Below are positions 36,190 through 48,836 of a stretch of 64,000 bases of DNA, in pieces. A program made the translations under genes and the position numbers. The stretch is from Octopus bimaculoides (taxonomy: Eukaryota). Numbering within the stretch: the first letter of the stretch is position 1; every line of letters starts with the position of its first letter. Location: assembly GCF_001194135.2 (NCBI RefSeq), contig NC_068990.1, positions 86,971,895 to 87,035,894 of the forward strand, read 5' to 3'. Below the pieces are notes generated by a model, which saw only the letters and a program-made list of their open reading frames with translations, made no database searches and was not told where the DNA came from.

Positions 36190-37711
36190 ATTCCTTCATA
36201 ACTATATACATAATATATGTAAAATTATAATACAGGGTATCTAAGAGATACCGCCACGCTGAAAAATAGCAGTCAAATTCTGACTCTAAAACCACAATAA
36301 ATGTCCACATAGTACAAGGAGCGAAGACGAAGACAAAATAAACCAGTAAAAATAACAAAGATGTGTGTGTATATGCGTGTGTGGCCTAAGATTGTTCAAT
36401 AACTAACAATTAATATTTAGTAGAAGTAAACTGGACCGAAGCACACACACTAAACACATGAGTATGTTTGCATGGGTACATATATTTGTGTGCTCGGATA
36501 TGCGTGAGTATACGTGCGTGTGTGTGTGTATCTTTGAGTTTGTGTGCGTGTGTGTGTGCGTGTGTGTGTCTGTGTGTGTCTGTGTGTGTGTGTGTGCGTG
36601 TGTGTGTGTGTGTGTGTGTTTGTATGCAAGTGTGACTATGCAAGTGTGACTATGCAAGTGTACGTATATTACTGTGCTTATTCTTACACAGATCTCAAAA
36701 GTTGTGCTGTCGTTTCCATTATGAAATCTATATATTCTATAAAATCTGCCAGTTTCTCATGTGCAAGTTTCCATTTTTACACGCCACCCAAAGGAAATGC
36801 TTCCGCTTTAAGGTCGATACAGTTTGGCACCAGTATTGCACAAGCATATATGTCAGAATGCAAAGGGCCGGAAACAGAAGCTGCAATGCATCTTGTCCAA
36901 TGTTCTGATAGTTTTACCAAGCCACCGAACTGGATAAGCATATTTTTGTTTTACTAACCTCGAAAGTTAAACAGGGCGGAATTTGAATCCAGAGTGCAGA
37001 GTCGGAATAAATGCCATGAAACATTCTAACCTGCGTTCTAACCATTCGACTAATTCTACACCTCAATCCTTCAAGAACTTCAATAAATGTAGCATATATT
37101 TAGCCGTGAAGAATAAAAGAAATCAAACGTTTCAAGCAGAACTCTTCGTCTGTGCCATTTTGCGTGAAATTTTAGTCTTCACCCTTCTCTCATGCTAAGA
37201 TAATGCATCTCTAGTTGCCGATTTTAGTGAAATCTGTAAAACGTCTGTTATTGCTTCCTTATTTTTTTCTTTTACAGAAGGGTTGGGGTGTGTTAGAATC
37301 GATGGGTCTATTTACATGTTGGTAGACCTGGTGTTATATGAACAAATACGTTTTGGTCAAAGTCATATTGCAGCGCGTGTATGAAGTAACAACATTATTA
37401 AACTTTCTGTAGTTCTCCACGATCTTAATTAATTAGCTCTTCTCACCAGCGTTCGTTAGAGAAGAATTAAAACGTCTGGAAAACTCATAAAAAAAAAACT
37501 AAAACACGGTAGGGTAAAGAAAAATTAGATAAGGCCTAAGTGCTGAAGAATAGCGTAGAGTTTATTGCTATCGATCAGTCTAAAATCTTTACACCATCAC
37601 ATACCAACTTGGTATTCAGCAAGAAGATCAATAAAATATGCATTTATTGATCCAGCCGACTCACACGTATAAAAACACAGAGTAATCCTAACAAACTATA
37701 GTTATTTCTAG

Positions 37712-37863
37712 CAATTTCTTGCAATGATAGAATGACAACGTCTAGTACATTGCAGAAAGAAACAAAAACAATGGGACAATGTGAAATGGAAGCAGCAACG
37801 AAACGGAAGTCATCTTTAGTAATCTCTAGTAAGGACTATGTTACGATGTCAACCAACTTCTGA
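37712..37863 (+). CDS. Candidate second (terminal) coding exon of the ParB-like gene
   Basis: Branch-like CCTAAC (37687-37692) and TTATTTCTAG acceptor. Phase-1 compatible, giving AISCNDRMTTSSTLQKETKTMGQCEMEAATKRKSSLVISSKDYVTMSTNF*. No homology support. Confidence 0.3.
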
Positions 37864-38005
37864 CATGTATATGACCATACAAAGTGGAAACAGCTAGCAA
37901 TATCTGTCATAATGTAACCATCTCTAGCAATCTCCAATAGTTCACTGTTGTTCTGGTGATTATTATTATTATTATTACTATTATCATTATCATTATTATT
38001 ATTAT

Positions 38006-38052
<47 letters not shown>

Positions 38053-38057
38053 TTATT

Positions 38058-38292
38058 GTTGTTGTTGTTGTTGTTGTTGTTGTCTTTGCACAGCTCCTAA
38101 CTCTGGAGATGCACTACGGTGTCAGCTGTTCACTACCAGTGAACTAAGGTAACACCCCTTATTTTATCGAGCACCTTCCGGAGTATTCGAGCGGTTCCAA
38201 GGATCGCTTCTCGAGATATTTTGAGAAGTACATGGAACAAATAGGAGCTGCAATAAGGGTGGATCACTTGCAGAAAACATCACTGCTTGGAA
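38058..38292 (-). mobile_element. Dong/R4 LINE 3' end with inverted 5' segment
   Basis: 38058-38201 is the minus-strand 3' end (LGTARILRKVLDKIR frame, UTR, (CAA)n tail). 38221-38292 is the immediately upstream ORF segment (EKYMEQIGAAIRVDHLQKTSLLG) in the opposite orientation. Confidence 0.85.
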
Positions 38293-38554
38293 TGTATTGC
38301 AATTTTTAGTAAACAGTGTAACAACAACTCCCAACTATGATGTAGACAGCGTCTTGCATTTTCTCGCAAAAGCCATGTAAAGGCAACCAGTAATCTGCAG
38401 CAATCTACAGCAATTTCTATGTAGCAACATTAAAACTTTAAACAATGACAGTTCAGAAAAGAATGCGTTTAAAGGGAGCATAATTTACAGCATTTCGTTT
38501 GGTCGATGCTGTTGCCGTTGTTGTTGTTGCTGTTGTTGTTGTTGTTGTTGTTGC

Positions 38555-38588
<34 letters not shown>

Positions 38589-38829
38589 ATTGNNNNNNNN
38601 NNNNNNNNNNNNNNNNNNNNNNNNNNNNNNNNNNNNNNNNNNNNNNNNNNNNNNNNNNNNNNNNGGTGGTGGTGGTGGTATATAGGCATAGGTCGGCTCA
38701 AAACTTAGCAGTATTATGAGCAAAAGCATTCTAACCCTAAATATGCAACCAGTGGCTTTGTATACACATGGCTCAGTCATTACAGTCATAGAGCTTACAA
38801 TTGTGCGGTTGAGAGTTCGATTCCTGGAC

Positions 38830-38864
<35 letters not shown>

Positions 38865-39109
38865 GACCGGCTTCTGTCTACCAATTCCTTTCACGAGGTA
38901 TCCGCTGATCTATGCTGTTCAGCAAGACACTTGCCCACAGTGTCGTGCAGTGGAACTGAACTCTAAACCACGACGTCATTAAACAAGTCTCTTAACCACT
39001 CAGCCTTACTTGCATATCTAAAAAATTTTCTACAACTTTTTAAAATATATATGTGGTGAGGTGAGAGAGGCGACAGAGGTGACGGGAACAATAAATAAAT
39101 GCATAAGCA

Positions 39110-39370
39110 GAGAGATACATAGCTCGATGGAAACGAAATCCGATGTATAAAACATTGATCTGTTACACGATCCAGTCAAATCTGTTATATAGTTCTTCCA
39201 TTACCCTATCGTTTATAGTATATCAAATTCTGTAGGAGTGCATCCCACATAAATCCGTGTTTGATTCTGTTTCACTGTACAATACTGCATCATGTTGCAA
39301 AATTTGGCATCATCTTCCAATGCACTACACAATATATTGGTTCCTTTCGTCTACTTGTAAGTCATCTCTC
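39110..39370 (-). mobile_element. Possible Penelope-like GIY-YIG remnant
   Basis: Reverse-strand peptide ALEDDAKFCNMMQYCTVKQNQTRIYVGCTPTEF resembles C.L.G.C...VY.C.V......YIG.T...FK. Confidence 0.3.
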
Positions 39371-39690
39371 TGATTTATAACCAAAGTAATAAAACATAAA
39401 GCACAAAAAAAATGTTGTGACGTATATGGACATTTTCCCAAAGCATAACTGAAGCGATATGGTTTCTTCCGGGAAGTGAACCTCCGGTACTCGACACGAG
39501 TCGTCTGGGCCTCGCGAACTTTTCATGGTTCACAAGAACATAAGTATTGATTTTTTAACGTAGTCAAACAGTTTTGGGGACGGCATATTCCGTAAATTTG
39601 ATCCCAGTTGTATATTTCCCCTCTTTTACACACACATATTTCTATCCTTTGTGTGTGTATATATATATATCTGTGTATGTGTTATATATT

Positions 39691-39723
<33 letters not shown>

Positions 39724-39928
39724 ATTTATATATATATATATATATATGTATATCTATATAATTATATATATATATAAATATGTACAAGTATACATGTATA
39801 TATATGTATACTTGTACATATTTTTATATATATATAATTATATAGATATACATATATACTTATATACATGTACATATATATATATTTATGTATATATATA
39901 TATATGTATATGTATACATATATTTATG

Positions 39929-39999
<71 letters not shown>

Positions 40000-40049
40000 A
40001 ACGGATATTTCAATAATGATGTTTCTTCATGTTTTTGTGTTCCCTAAGT

Positions 40050-40385
40050 GAAGGCGCATGTCTTAGTGGTTACGTTATTCGGTTCACTATCGTAAAGTCG
40101 TGAGTTCGATTCCCGACGATGCGTTGAATCCTTGGGCACGACGCTTTTTTTTTTTTCACGTTGCTTCACTCCACTCCATTCCACTCAACAGCCATAAGTG
40201 AGCTGTACCTGTAATTCCAAGTGCCAGCCTTGTCACAATCTATGTTACGATGAAGCTCTCTCGGCACTACGTTTAGGATTACGCGTGTCTGTGGAGTGCT
40301 CAGCCATTTGCACGTTAGTTTCTCGATCGCCTTGTTCCATTCATCGGGTCGACTGGAACACTCCTCGTCGTAACCGACGAAGAAT
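40050..40385 (+). mobile_element. tRNA-derived SINE (CORE-like centre, family C 3' half)
   Basis: GAAGGCGCATGTCTTAGTGG...GAGTTCGATTCC...CCTTGGGCACGACGC...GCCAGCCTTGTCAC...GTGTCTGTGGAGTGCTCAGCC...CCTCGTCGTAACCGACG. Confidence 0.8.
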
Positions 40386-41055
40386 CTTCTCACATTCCGT
40401 TATGTGCACATGCGTATATGTTGCGTGTCTCTGTGTTCTGTTTTGTATGAGTGTGTGTTATGTTGTGTTGTGTTGCGTGTGTTTTGGTGTGTGTGTGTGT
40501 GTGTGTGAGAGCAACCGTATGTATGTGTGAGGGTGCGTACGTATGTGTGCGTATGTGTGTGTGCATCTGTGTGTGCGCGTGGGGGTGTTTTGTGTGAGTA
40601 TACTCTTTTNNNNNNNNNNNNNNNNNNNNNNNNNNNNNNNNNNNNNNNNNNNNNNNNNNNNNNNNNNNNNNNNNNNNNNNNNNNNNNNNNNNNNNNNNNN
40701 NNNNNNNNNNNNNNNNNNNNNNNNNNNNNNNNNNNNNNNNNNNNNNNNNNNNNNNNNNNNNNNNNNNNNNNNNNNNNNNNNNNNNNNNNNNNNNNNNNNN
40801 NNNNNNNNNNNNNNNNNNNNNNNNNNNNNNNNNNNNNNNNNNNNNNNNNNNNNNNNNNNNNNNNNNNNNNNNNNNNNNNNNNNNNNNNNNNNNNNNNNNN
40901 NNNNNNNNNNNNNNNNNNNNNNNNNNNNNNNNNNNNNNNNNNNNNNNNNNNNNNNNNNNNNNNNNNNNNNNNNNNNNNNNNNNNNNNNNNNNNNNNNNNN
41001 NNNNNNNNNNNNNNNNNNNNNNNNNNNNNNNNNNNNNNNNNNNNNNNNNNNNNNN

Positions 41056-41089
<34 letters not shown>

Positions 41090-43330
41090 TGTGTATGTAC
41101 ATGCGTGTGTGTATGTGTATATATACTAGTATGCCTATATAAATGTATATATATACCTAAATATATATGTTCATATAAATTTGTGTGTCTCTTCTCTCTC
41201 CCTCTCTCTCTCTATATATATATGTGTGTGTGTGTGTCTTTGTATGTATATATATCTATATACTTATACATACATGCATATATCAATGTTTGCTTTTCTG
41301 TTACATAAAGACAATTTAACATTAAACTGAAGAATTAATATTCTTTTTATAAAGTACACCCTTACTATATTTTTACAAGAAGCGGAATAACAGTAACTTC
41401 GAAGTTTCGGCCAGTGATCAAGCTTTGATCCTGTTTATTAATGGTTTTTCATATTGTTTTCATATTTCTTTATTATTCTGTTATCTTTCTTTTGGAAATT
41501 AATGGTTTTAAATTGAATTATTCTCGACCTTTGAAGATATTCCTGGCCTCACCATCAGAATGAAATGATTGTTATAACTGTGTGCTGTTAACGGTTTTTC
41601 TGCATATCACAAAGGATTATAGGAGTACTGCTATAACTGATAAAATCTCTACGATATAAAACTCATAGAACGGCAAAGATGTGACGGGATCCAGATTTAT
41701 TTATTATGTGTGTTATATCTATATATTAAGTCTTGGTTTGCTGTTCGCAAGTTAAGCTTCCCTAATTAGTCTTCAAATGTTGCTTTTGATATGGAATCGT
41801 ATACAGCATTGTAGAGTTGACAACTGTCTTTCTATGTAATTATATTTTATGTCCTGTATAAAGGATTTCAATGGCTCTTTGATGTATGTGCATGGTCAAC
41901 CAACGAGAAAGCGTCGTAATTGTGTGCCCAATTTTCACACTGAAGTTCCCTATTTACGTCGCAATTTATATATTTCATTGGTTATTTGAAATATCTTCTG
42001 CGATTTACACGTTAATGGATTTACACTCAGAGGAAGGTTATCACTTTGGTGTTTTTTATAACATACCCGAGCTATGTGTTCGATTTTAGGTGTGAATGCG
42101 GATGTATTATCTTTCACGTTTTTCTTTTTTTTTTCCAATAACATATTCTTCCATTCTTTAACCAGAGACATTTCGTTCTTGCAGTATACAATGTATGTTG
42201 ATTATGTACTTGCACAAGGCCTGCAATTTTGGGGTAGGGGACTAGTCGATTACATCGACCCCAGTGCTCCACTGGTACTTATTTTATGCACCCCGAAAGA
42301 ATTAAAAGCACAAGTCGCCTTATTGATAATAATAAACAGTTCGCCGCCTTATTGATAATAATAAAAATGTTACCTAACTTAAGCAGATGATGTGAAATAT
42401 AGAGGATTGGAGATTAACTGATTACACTGACTGCACTACTTCATTCGTACTTTGTTTTAGCAACAGAGCAAAAGAACAAAAGTCAGAGCGGAATTTCAAC
42501 TGTTAGCATAAAAAACGGGAATATATACGGAAATCTTTTTTGAATGATTCTCTGTCGATACTGCCAATTTAAAGCAATGTTTGTCGCATAGGCCATCGGT
42601 CTGAAATTTGGGGAAGTGTATTTGTCAATGACATCGACTCGAGGACTTGACTGGTACCTTAGTATTAACTATGTAAATCTCTGCTCTCTTCTTTTAATTT
42701 CATACCGGGAAACTTTTTTGCGAAGGACTTTTGTCCGAAACGTTGGATTTTCACTCCGCACAGCAAGTTCACTGCACTCATTTTGTCAATTTTACATATG
42801 TCTACATATATAACTATATGTGTGTGTGTGTGTGTGTGTGCATGTGTGTGTATGTATGTGTGTGTATTCAGAAGTCAAACACGTATAGTAATAATCAAGT
42901 ATATATTCATATATGTATTATGCATAAATGAATGGTAAATGGTAACAGAGGTGACCTCAGCGAAATTTGAACGCAAAACGCAGAGATACGGAATGAATAC
43001 CGAAAGCATCCGATCCAACGATCAGCTAATGGTCTCCGCTAATCAAGTGTCTTGTAGTTTTGGATGGTTGGTTAGGAACATTGTTTAGAAATTACATCTT
43101 TTATGGTTCAATTAACTGCGTAATATGTTGGACTTGTGCATTCTACCGTAACGCTGGGTCAGCCAAAGTATGGTGAATTGAATTTGACAGACGCACACGG
43201 TATGCATGTCCGCTGAAGGAATTGTTTGTGTTGTTGCAAAATAGACTTAATATGTCACCCTGTTTAACACCGCCACCAACTCCCCTTTGTGCTTTAATGG
43301 ATTCTATTGTCTTACAAATATTCAGGTCAG

Positions 43331-43539
43331 ATCTCAAATTTGAGGATAATTTCCCATCACCCTGCCCCCAAATAACTCATAAAAACATAGCAAATCATTC
43401 AGACACTCGTTGTTGTTCATTTTGCTCTATTGATCCTCAATGCCACGCATTCGGTCGTGCTGACATTAATACTGTGATCAATCATAAAGATGAATCTGTC
43501 TGCTTTACCAACAATGGTGAAAGATTAGTCTCTGTATAA
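43331..43539 (+). CDS. Candidate exon encoding a PAN/apple-like Cys motif
   Basis: Open frame DLKFEDNFPSPCPQITHKNIANHSDTRCCSFCSIDPQCHAFG...SVCF...* contains C-x3-C-x5-C-x-A-F. Acceptors CAG at 43323-43325 and 43328-43330. Confidence 0.35.
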
Positions 43540-43690
43540 GCAAGCGATCGATCAGCAATGGCCCTTCTTGTTCTTGTTATTATTAGCATTGTGATATTTT
43601 AAATTTTACTATAATCACTTTACAATTGTTTTATTTATTGCTTAGATAATTTTAAAAAAAAAGAATGCATATCATTATTATTATTATTAT

Positions 43691-43746
<56 letters not shown>

Positions 43747-43993
43747 CATCATTGTCGTCATTGTCATCATCATCATCATCATTATTATTAGTAGTATTAT
43801 TATTGTTATTATTGTTATTCATAATCGATTCTGCGTAAACGTCCACCTTTTTTTTTATTCTTTCTATGTTTCCTCCTTACTACCCTCTTCATTCTTCGTC
43901 TTTTCTAATATACAGAGCAAAAAATAACTCTCATTATCATTATTATTATCATTATTATCATTATTATCATTATTATAATTATTATTATTATTA

Positions 43994-44047
<54 letters not shown>

Positions 44048-44328
44048 GTTAAGAAATGACGGTGGATTAAGAGAATCTCCGGGGTGTCTTGCGGCATTTA
44101 TTCCGGCTTCTCTTTACGCCTTGGGTTCAAATTCCTTCTGAAGTGACTTTTGCCTTTCGTCCAGCTGGATCAACATAAAACAGGGCACCAACCAAAATTC
44201 ATGACCCTGTGCCTATGTTAGAAGGGATTATTATTATTATCTTTGTTGTTGTTGTGGTGGTGGTGATGCTGCTGCTTCTGCTGCTGCTGCTGTTGCTGTT
44301 GATGCTTTGATTAGTACTACTGCAACTT

Positions 44329-44359
<31 letters not shown>

Positions 44360-47099
44360 GAGTAGTAGTAGTAGTGGTGGTGGTGGTGGTGGTGGTGGTC
44401 GTCGTCGTCGTCGTCGTGGTACTAGTAGTAATAGTAGTAGTAGTAGTAGTACGCATTGGCATATGAGTGATCGATAATTCGAATCAATCGGTGGCCAAAT
44501 TTGTTTATCATCCACCCCAGCCGTCCATTCGACACTCATCATCCATCCATCCCTCCATCCATCCATCTATTTATACATTCCACCATTTCTCCGCTCTTCT
44601 CTCAATACAGAGATGGCCCACCCACCACCACCCACCCGCTTTTTCCTCCCTCTATGCATCGGTAAAAACGAAATATAGTTAACAATAACCATTGAGTATC
44701 GATTTGCAACGGAAGTGGGTTTATTCGCAAAACAGCTTGGTTTTTTTGGGGGTTTTTTTTAACTGCATCTGAATACATAAACAAGTATTTGAGATCATAT
44801 GATATTATATTAACCATCATATCATATGGCATTGTATTATGGATTGTGTGATTTTTCTGTACTGGGGATAATGGGATTTTATCGTATTAAGGATCTCCTC
44901 TCATGATATTATATTAAGGATCATTCGATATTATTGTATTAAGGATCGTATCTTATAAATAATATCGTATCACACATCACGTGATATTCATCAGTTCAGA
45001 AACACTTTTGATTACATTAAGCATTTGTAATGTGCAGACGATAGTGGTGATGGAAGTGATGGTGATAATGGTTGTGATTGTAGAGGTGCTAATGGCGGTG
45101 ATGGTGGTGATGGTGGGGAACGTGGTGATGGTGACAATGACGGGATGTTAGTGGTGGCCATGTTGGTGGTTTTAAGTTCGTGAGTCTCCTGTTTTTCATG
45201 TATTCGTTGTTTAGCAACAGCTCAGACTTGATCGAGCGAACCTGTGGAACAAACTCATTCCGACCTTGAAAAATTTTCCTTTTTCTGCTTTCCTTTGTGC
45301 ATTGAACCTAAATACATACCGTCCAATGGGTTTCATTTGAGGAACGTGTAACTGCTGCTATTTCTAACAGAACGAGTGGCCGTGTAGAGACTTCGTTGTT
45401 GATCGTTCTTGTTAGTAGTTATGGTGATGGTCGGCTGGAAATGGAAAGAAAATAGAAGTAGCTGCGGTGTGTAGGTGTTGATGGTAGCTGTGGTGGTGGT
45501 GTTGGTGGAAGTGAATCGGCGGCGGCGGCGATGGTGAAGGGGTAGCGATGGTGGAAGGTTAGAGTTAGAGGTGGAGGTTGCGTTGGTGCTGGAACAATTG
45601 TTAAAACTGTCAATGGCAGCGGTAGTTATCAGATAGTAGTGGTGACAACACGGATTTCGGTAATGGTAGTGGTAATAGTAGTAGTGGTTGTGGTAAGGGT
45701 GGTGAGGAGGAGCAGGAGGAGGAGCAGGAGGAGGAAGGGGACGGGGGAGAGGGTGGGGGAAGGAGGAGGTAATTTGGAGTAGGAAAATGACGATAATAAT
45801 ATCGACCCCGAAGATGGAAACGATGACGGTTATGATGACGACAATGACGATGATGATGGTGATAGTGATGATGACTATGATGATTGATGAATGATGACGG
45901 TGATAGTAATGATTATGGTGATGGTTGTAGATTTTTGCAATTATTTCGAGAGATTTTACTCCTGAGATGTATCTACCACATCCATCATTTCCAGCGAAAG
46001 ATTACAATCAAGCAAAAAAAAAAAAAATAGAAAAAGAACAGAAGAAACGCATCAAGAATAAAAATAATATTTGTAAAATAAACAAATAATCATACGAAAT
46101 TGTAAGAAGGAGAAGAAAAAGAAGAAGAACACAAACAACAAAAACAACAGCAGCAACAACAACAAGAGTAAGGATTTATTTTTTGTGTGAGAACACATCA
46201 AATTTCAATTTGACGCAAATTCCTGGAATTACACTCCACCACACTCCACAACCACACACATATATTTCACTGAAAAATCTAATGCTTAGTCTAAATATAT
46301 AAGAACTACAGTGAGTTAGCTCTAGAGAGCGAGCAAACATGGTTTCCTTGCTGTGTGTCTTGCTGTGTATGTTATGCAAGCGACAGTGAAAAATGGAGTG
46401 TCACAGTTGTGCGTGTGTGTGTTTTGTGCTTTTATTGTTAAAACTTATTTTGCATTCTTATTTCTGCTAATATGGAGAAAGATCCAATGTGCATATATAT
46501 TTTTTTTTTCTGTAGTTTCAGCTCAGAGCTGCGGCCATGGTGATGCACCTCCGTATGTATGTACGTGTGCGTCAATGTGTGCATTTCTGCGTGTGTATAC
46601 AAGTATAAAATATACATNNNNNNNNNNNNNNNNNNNNNNNNNNNNNNNNNNNNNNNNNNNNNNNNNNNNNNNNNNNNNNNNNNNNNNNNNNNNNNNNNNN
46701 NNNNNNNNNNNNNNNNNNNNNNNNNNNNNNNNNNNNNNNNNNNNNNNNNNNNNNNNNNNNNNNNNNNNNNNNNNNNNNNNNNNNNNTACAAGACTTATAC
46801 ACTATTACTAACAGTGTTCTTATTCCACGACTGTAAGGTGTTTTACAAATTCGATTACGTAAAGTTCCCAGCTTTTGCACTCTTGTGTTAATGTATTTAA
46901 CTTGTATGTTTTTCTTACAATGGAATGAAACCCGGGATGCATGGTCCATGCTCTTGGCGATCAATATGGAGATTTCTGAATCACACACACACTCACACAT
47001 ACACACACAGTCACACACACACACGGTCACACACACACACACACACACACAGTTACACACACACATATCAGAGGACGTAGACTTCTTGATTGTGCTTTC

Positions 47100-48060
47100 C
47101 TCAAGTGGAGAGGTGGGTCTGCTTTATTTGTTCTATACAGTTTCTGCTTAGGTTTCTTGCTTCTTCCCTTCTTCCTTTTTCCATTTTCCCACCTTTTCGA
47201 TTGCTACACTTCTCAAGGCTGCAAGGCTGTGTGGTATGACTCAGCTTTTTCCTTCCTCGGCTTCTTTCTTGGTCGTTAGATTTCTGATTTTTTTTCTCTC
47301 CCTAAGAACAAGGCGAATCTTATACCCATCCTCCAAGCTGTGAAATTGGTGGGATTAGAAATGCTTTGGAAAACAAGCTTTTGGGGCCTCTTACTGTCGT
47401 TGTGGCTGATTGAACTGCTGTTCACTACATCTCCTCTACTTTTCCAGGTCTTTAGACGGTAATCCCTCAAATGCTAACTGTACAGCATCTAAGCCTTCTG
47501 CCTTGTACCACAAATCCCTCAGCTTTTCCACCTACTCTTACGGCATTAAACAACGGTGGAATGGCCCTCTTTCGCCCATTAGGATTTGTACGTCGACTTG
47601 TGTATCATTTCTAGTTACCTTAGTACTCGCTACTTGTTCCTTGTTCCATATTTTTGACTACGAGAAACGGGTTAACATCGCTACTGATGTCTCTAATGCG
47701 TTGATTCGTGTATACAAGCTTGTGTGCAGATTGTGGCCGCACCAACTCTGCATATCGCCACGCTTCCTCTTTGGTCTTGAAAACCAGGCAAGCAAACAGT
47801 TTCATATGATGTCCTTTCTCGGTTGGTGGAAGCCACACCTTCCCACAGATCGGCCAAGAATTTCTTTAAACGTTTCCTCGAGTACAAATTGGAATTTCTG
47901 TTTTGTTTGCTAGTCAAAAATAGCTTACTTTCTTCCTAATTTGCCTTCAGATAAAGATCTCAGAGAGAGAAGCAATTGTTTTTGACAAGCATTTGTGCTA
48001 TGTCGTCCCTTTCCCAGATATTTGATTCTTCCTTATCGTTAGCAACACTAGAAAAACAGT
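47100..48060 (-). mobile_element. Decayed, frameshifted retrotransposon-like coding fragment (possibly LINE ORF1)
   Basis: About 1 kb of non-microsatellite, GC-richer sequence. Reverse-strand peptide pieces KLFACLVFKTKEEAWRYAELVRP and VEKLRDLWYKAEGLDAVQLAFEGLPSK are interrupted by stops. No splice structure. Family identity is tentative. Confidence 0.35.
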
Positions 48061-48836
48061 CGTTGTTGTCGGTGGTGGTCGTGATGCTGTTTTCTCTATT
48101 ATAAATTTGATTAACATTATATGCAACTTGCTATAAAAATCCGTTAAAAAATGAATTTGGTCGTGAAAATTGCATTTCTTTTTGTGTTATTTAAAAAAAT
48201 ACCTGTTGTATCGTGTTTACACGTTTTTCCTTTTTACCCGTTACTGAAATATTGGAGGCGGATCCTACCTTAGATGGCATGTTTTTAATGCCTTACGGCA
48301 AGAAATTTCTTTTAACGGTTTAAACTATTTTTTCTTTGTCTTTTTTCTATTTTCAAACAGGAAAAATTATACAAGAAATATTAACCTTATCTCTTTACGA
48401 AGAAAGTCTGCGTTAAAATGCCTTCAGTTTAGCATGTAATCCGGTGATTCTCCGCCCCCCATTTTCCATTCCCACCCCACCCCTTTTTTTTTTGAAAACC
48501 GAAGTGAATTACTGATTCAGCACTAATAATAATGATGATTCAAAAGACAAACCTTCCCTTATATTAGAGTAGGTTGAATAATGTTACATTTTTACAAAAG
48601 GCACAATGCTCAGCGCCGTGACTGAGAAATTGCCAAAGGACGCTGTCAACATGAAACACAATACTCGAGTGATTTCTAAAATACTTAATGTAGCGAGAAA
48701 AACAAATTTGCTTAATTAAAATTATCTTTGCAGTGCTGTGAGGGAAAGAAAAGCTCAATGGCTAATGCTAATTAGTTCAAGTAAAATACAAATGGATGAC
48801 AACTCTAGTCTTTCAAACACTGTAATATTGGTGAGT

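Noticed and set aside
36682-36957. Phase-1-compatible 90-aa open frame as exon 2 of the ParB-like gene
   Set aside because: The opposite strand matches SINE family D sequence (ACTGGTGCCAA.CTGTATCG), so the frame is probably repeat-derived. Not fully excluded.
43235-43300. Minus-strand RGVGGGVKQGDILS resembling the LINE RT GV.QG..LSP motif
   Set aside because: No other RT motifs on either side; isolated match with an insertion.
44885-44947. Repeat-spacer pattern as a CRISPR array
   Set aside because: Repeats are only 11 nt, spacers 14-16 nt, the context is eukaryotic and there are no cas genes.
48601-48719. GTMLSAVTEKLPKDAVNMKHNTRVISKI resembling a flavin amine-oxidase segment
   Set aside because: Similarity is too loose, there is no good donor, and no other oxidase exons were found.
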